From Euglena gracilis (lineage: Eukaryota): a DNA stretch of 64,000 bases. Of this stretch, positions 62,401-64,000 are shown in pieces. The DNA is taken from assembly GCA_039621445.1 (NCBI GenBank), contig CP154954.1, positions 16,324,140 through 16,388,139 on the forward strand, given 5' to 3'. The stretch's first letter is position 1; the number at the start of each line of letters is the position of its first letter. The notes beneath the pieces were generated by a model, which saw only the letters and a list, made by a program, of their open reading frames with translations, was not told the origin of the DNA and ran no database searches. A program made the position numbers and the translations under genes.

Positions 62401-64000
62401 AAAAATTTCTTTCCCTCAAAAACACTTTTTTTCACTTTAGAACATCAAAAAAAGTGTTTTTGAGCCAAAAAAATTAAACCGACCCGGCCCCCACCCCGGG
62501 TGCGCCCCCCCCCCCCCCGGCCGGTGGACGTAGCCATTTTTGGGTCAAAAAGTCGAAAAAATTCGAAAAAATTTTTTGCCCAAAACCATGTTTTTTGACC
62601 TCCTGGACCCGAAAAAAGTGTTTTCGAGCCGAAAATGAGCGTTTTTGGACCCCCGGCCTCCGTTTTGGGCCCGAAACCAATGGACGTTGGATCATTTTCA
62701 TGTCAAAAAAGGAAAATTTCAGGGTCATTTTGGGGTCAAAAAAATCGAAAAATTCAAAATATCTCGAAGACGCGGAGTTGAGATAAAATAAAGAGGAACT
62801 CATTCCACAACTTTGGGACGCCCGTTCGATCGGTATGCACGGTTTGGGCCAACTCCTCGCCTAGCCCGAATTACGCCCGTTTTGTGGTTTTGGGCCAGTT
62901 TTGCCAGTTTTGGCCATTTCGGGCCCGTTCGGGGCCCGAAACCATAAATTGGCTATATCTCGGACTGGACGAGGAGTTGGGACCCAAACCAGGGGGTCAA
63001 TCCTCAGGTTTAGGGGGGGGGTTTAACCGTTTTTTGAGGTTCCCGGGGTCTGGTTGTGCGATTTTGGGCCATTTTTGGGTATTCGGGGACCCCTGCGGGG
63101 GGTCCGAGGGCGGATGGGCTTGGGAGGTCGGGAGGCAGGTCGGGACCTAAAATTTTAAAAAAATTTTTTTGCTCAAAAACACTTTTTTTCACTTCACAAC
63201 ATCAAAAAAAGTGTGTTTGAGCAAAAAAAAATTCCGACCCGGACTGCCCCCCACATGCCCCCCCCCCCCTGGCTGGGGCCCGCCCCGCTGGCCGGTGGTG
63301 CATTAAGCCATTTTTGGGTCAAAAAGTCGGAAAAATTCGAAAAAAATTGCCCAAAACCATGTTTTTTTGACCTCTCGGACCCGAAAAAAGTGTTTTCGAG
63401 CCAAAAATGAGTGTTTTTCGACCCTCCAGCGCCCCGTTTTGGGCCGCCAACCCATTGACTTTGGGTCAAAACTGGGCCAAAAAAAGTTGGGGAAAATCGA
63501 AAAAACCTTTTTTGCCCAAAACCACGTGTTTTTGCCTCCCAGACCCGGAAAAACTGTTTTTGACCCAAAAATGACCCTGCAATTTCACCAAAAAAAAAAG
63601 ACGGTAGACAACTTTTTTGCTCGGGCATATCTCCGGACTGGCGTGGAGTTGGGGTAACCCAAGGGCTCTGGAGAAACTAGGGATCGTCCCCTAACCTATT
63701 GGCTATTCACTTTGGGGGCCAGGAAATCCAATCACATCGATAATCCTCGGGGGTCCTTGCCTACCCAGGGAGGGGGGGGCGGGGGGCGGGGGGGGGGGGG
63801 CGGGGTGGGGGGGCGGACCCCCCCCTCCGGCCCCGGTGGTAAGCTTCGCTCTTACTCTGAAGAGATAAGAGCTCAGCGGCCAGGGTGTGACGTAGAGCTG
63901 AGCTCTTTGGGAGACCACCCTGGCCCGGCCCGGCCCGGCCCGGCCCGGCCGGCGGCTCGGCGGCCCAACCCAGGCCAGATACGGGGTTGAAAAACACTCA

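Noticed and set aside
52544-63997. Recurrent 60-200 aa ORFs in the array
   Set aside because: Frames change between units with homopolymer length, and no domain-like content is present.

Overview
Eukaryotic, repeat-dominated DNA with no prokaryotic genes, rRNA, tRNA or CRISPR. An articulin-like VPV repeat and tiny GT-AG exons suggest a euglenid-like protist; this is inference only. Layout: (1) 1-24 kb is a mosaic of non-autonomous TIR transposons with readable TIRs and 5- or 8-bp TSDs, several enclosing spliceable minus-strand exon-like segments, plus many microsatellites. (2) 24.2-27.9 kb is a GC-rich insert in a (TC)n tract. It holds a ~880-codon, once-frameshifted ORF with articulin-type repeats, two 2A-like 'RIGEAK(N/Q)PGP' motifs and a Cys/His knuckle, and a ~0.9-kb structured element ending in a hairpin and (GA)n tail. 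(3) After a 13-N gap, 27.9-48.2 kb repeats 7.2-24 kb almost exactly, probably as an uncollapsed haplotype; it shows the empty (TC)n site and two noisy stretches. (4) 48.2-51.5 kb is unique intron/exon-like DNA. (5) 51.5-64 kb is a higher-order tandem array of 2.5-3.3 kb units with Helentron/DINE-like junctions. Most ORF-track entries are spurious translations of repeats.
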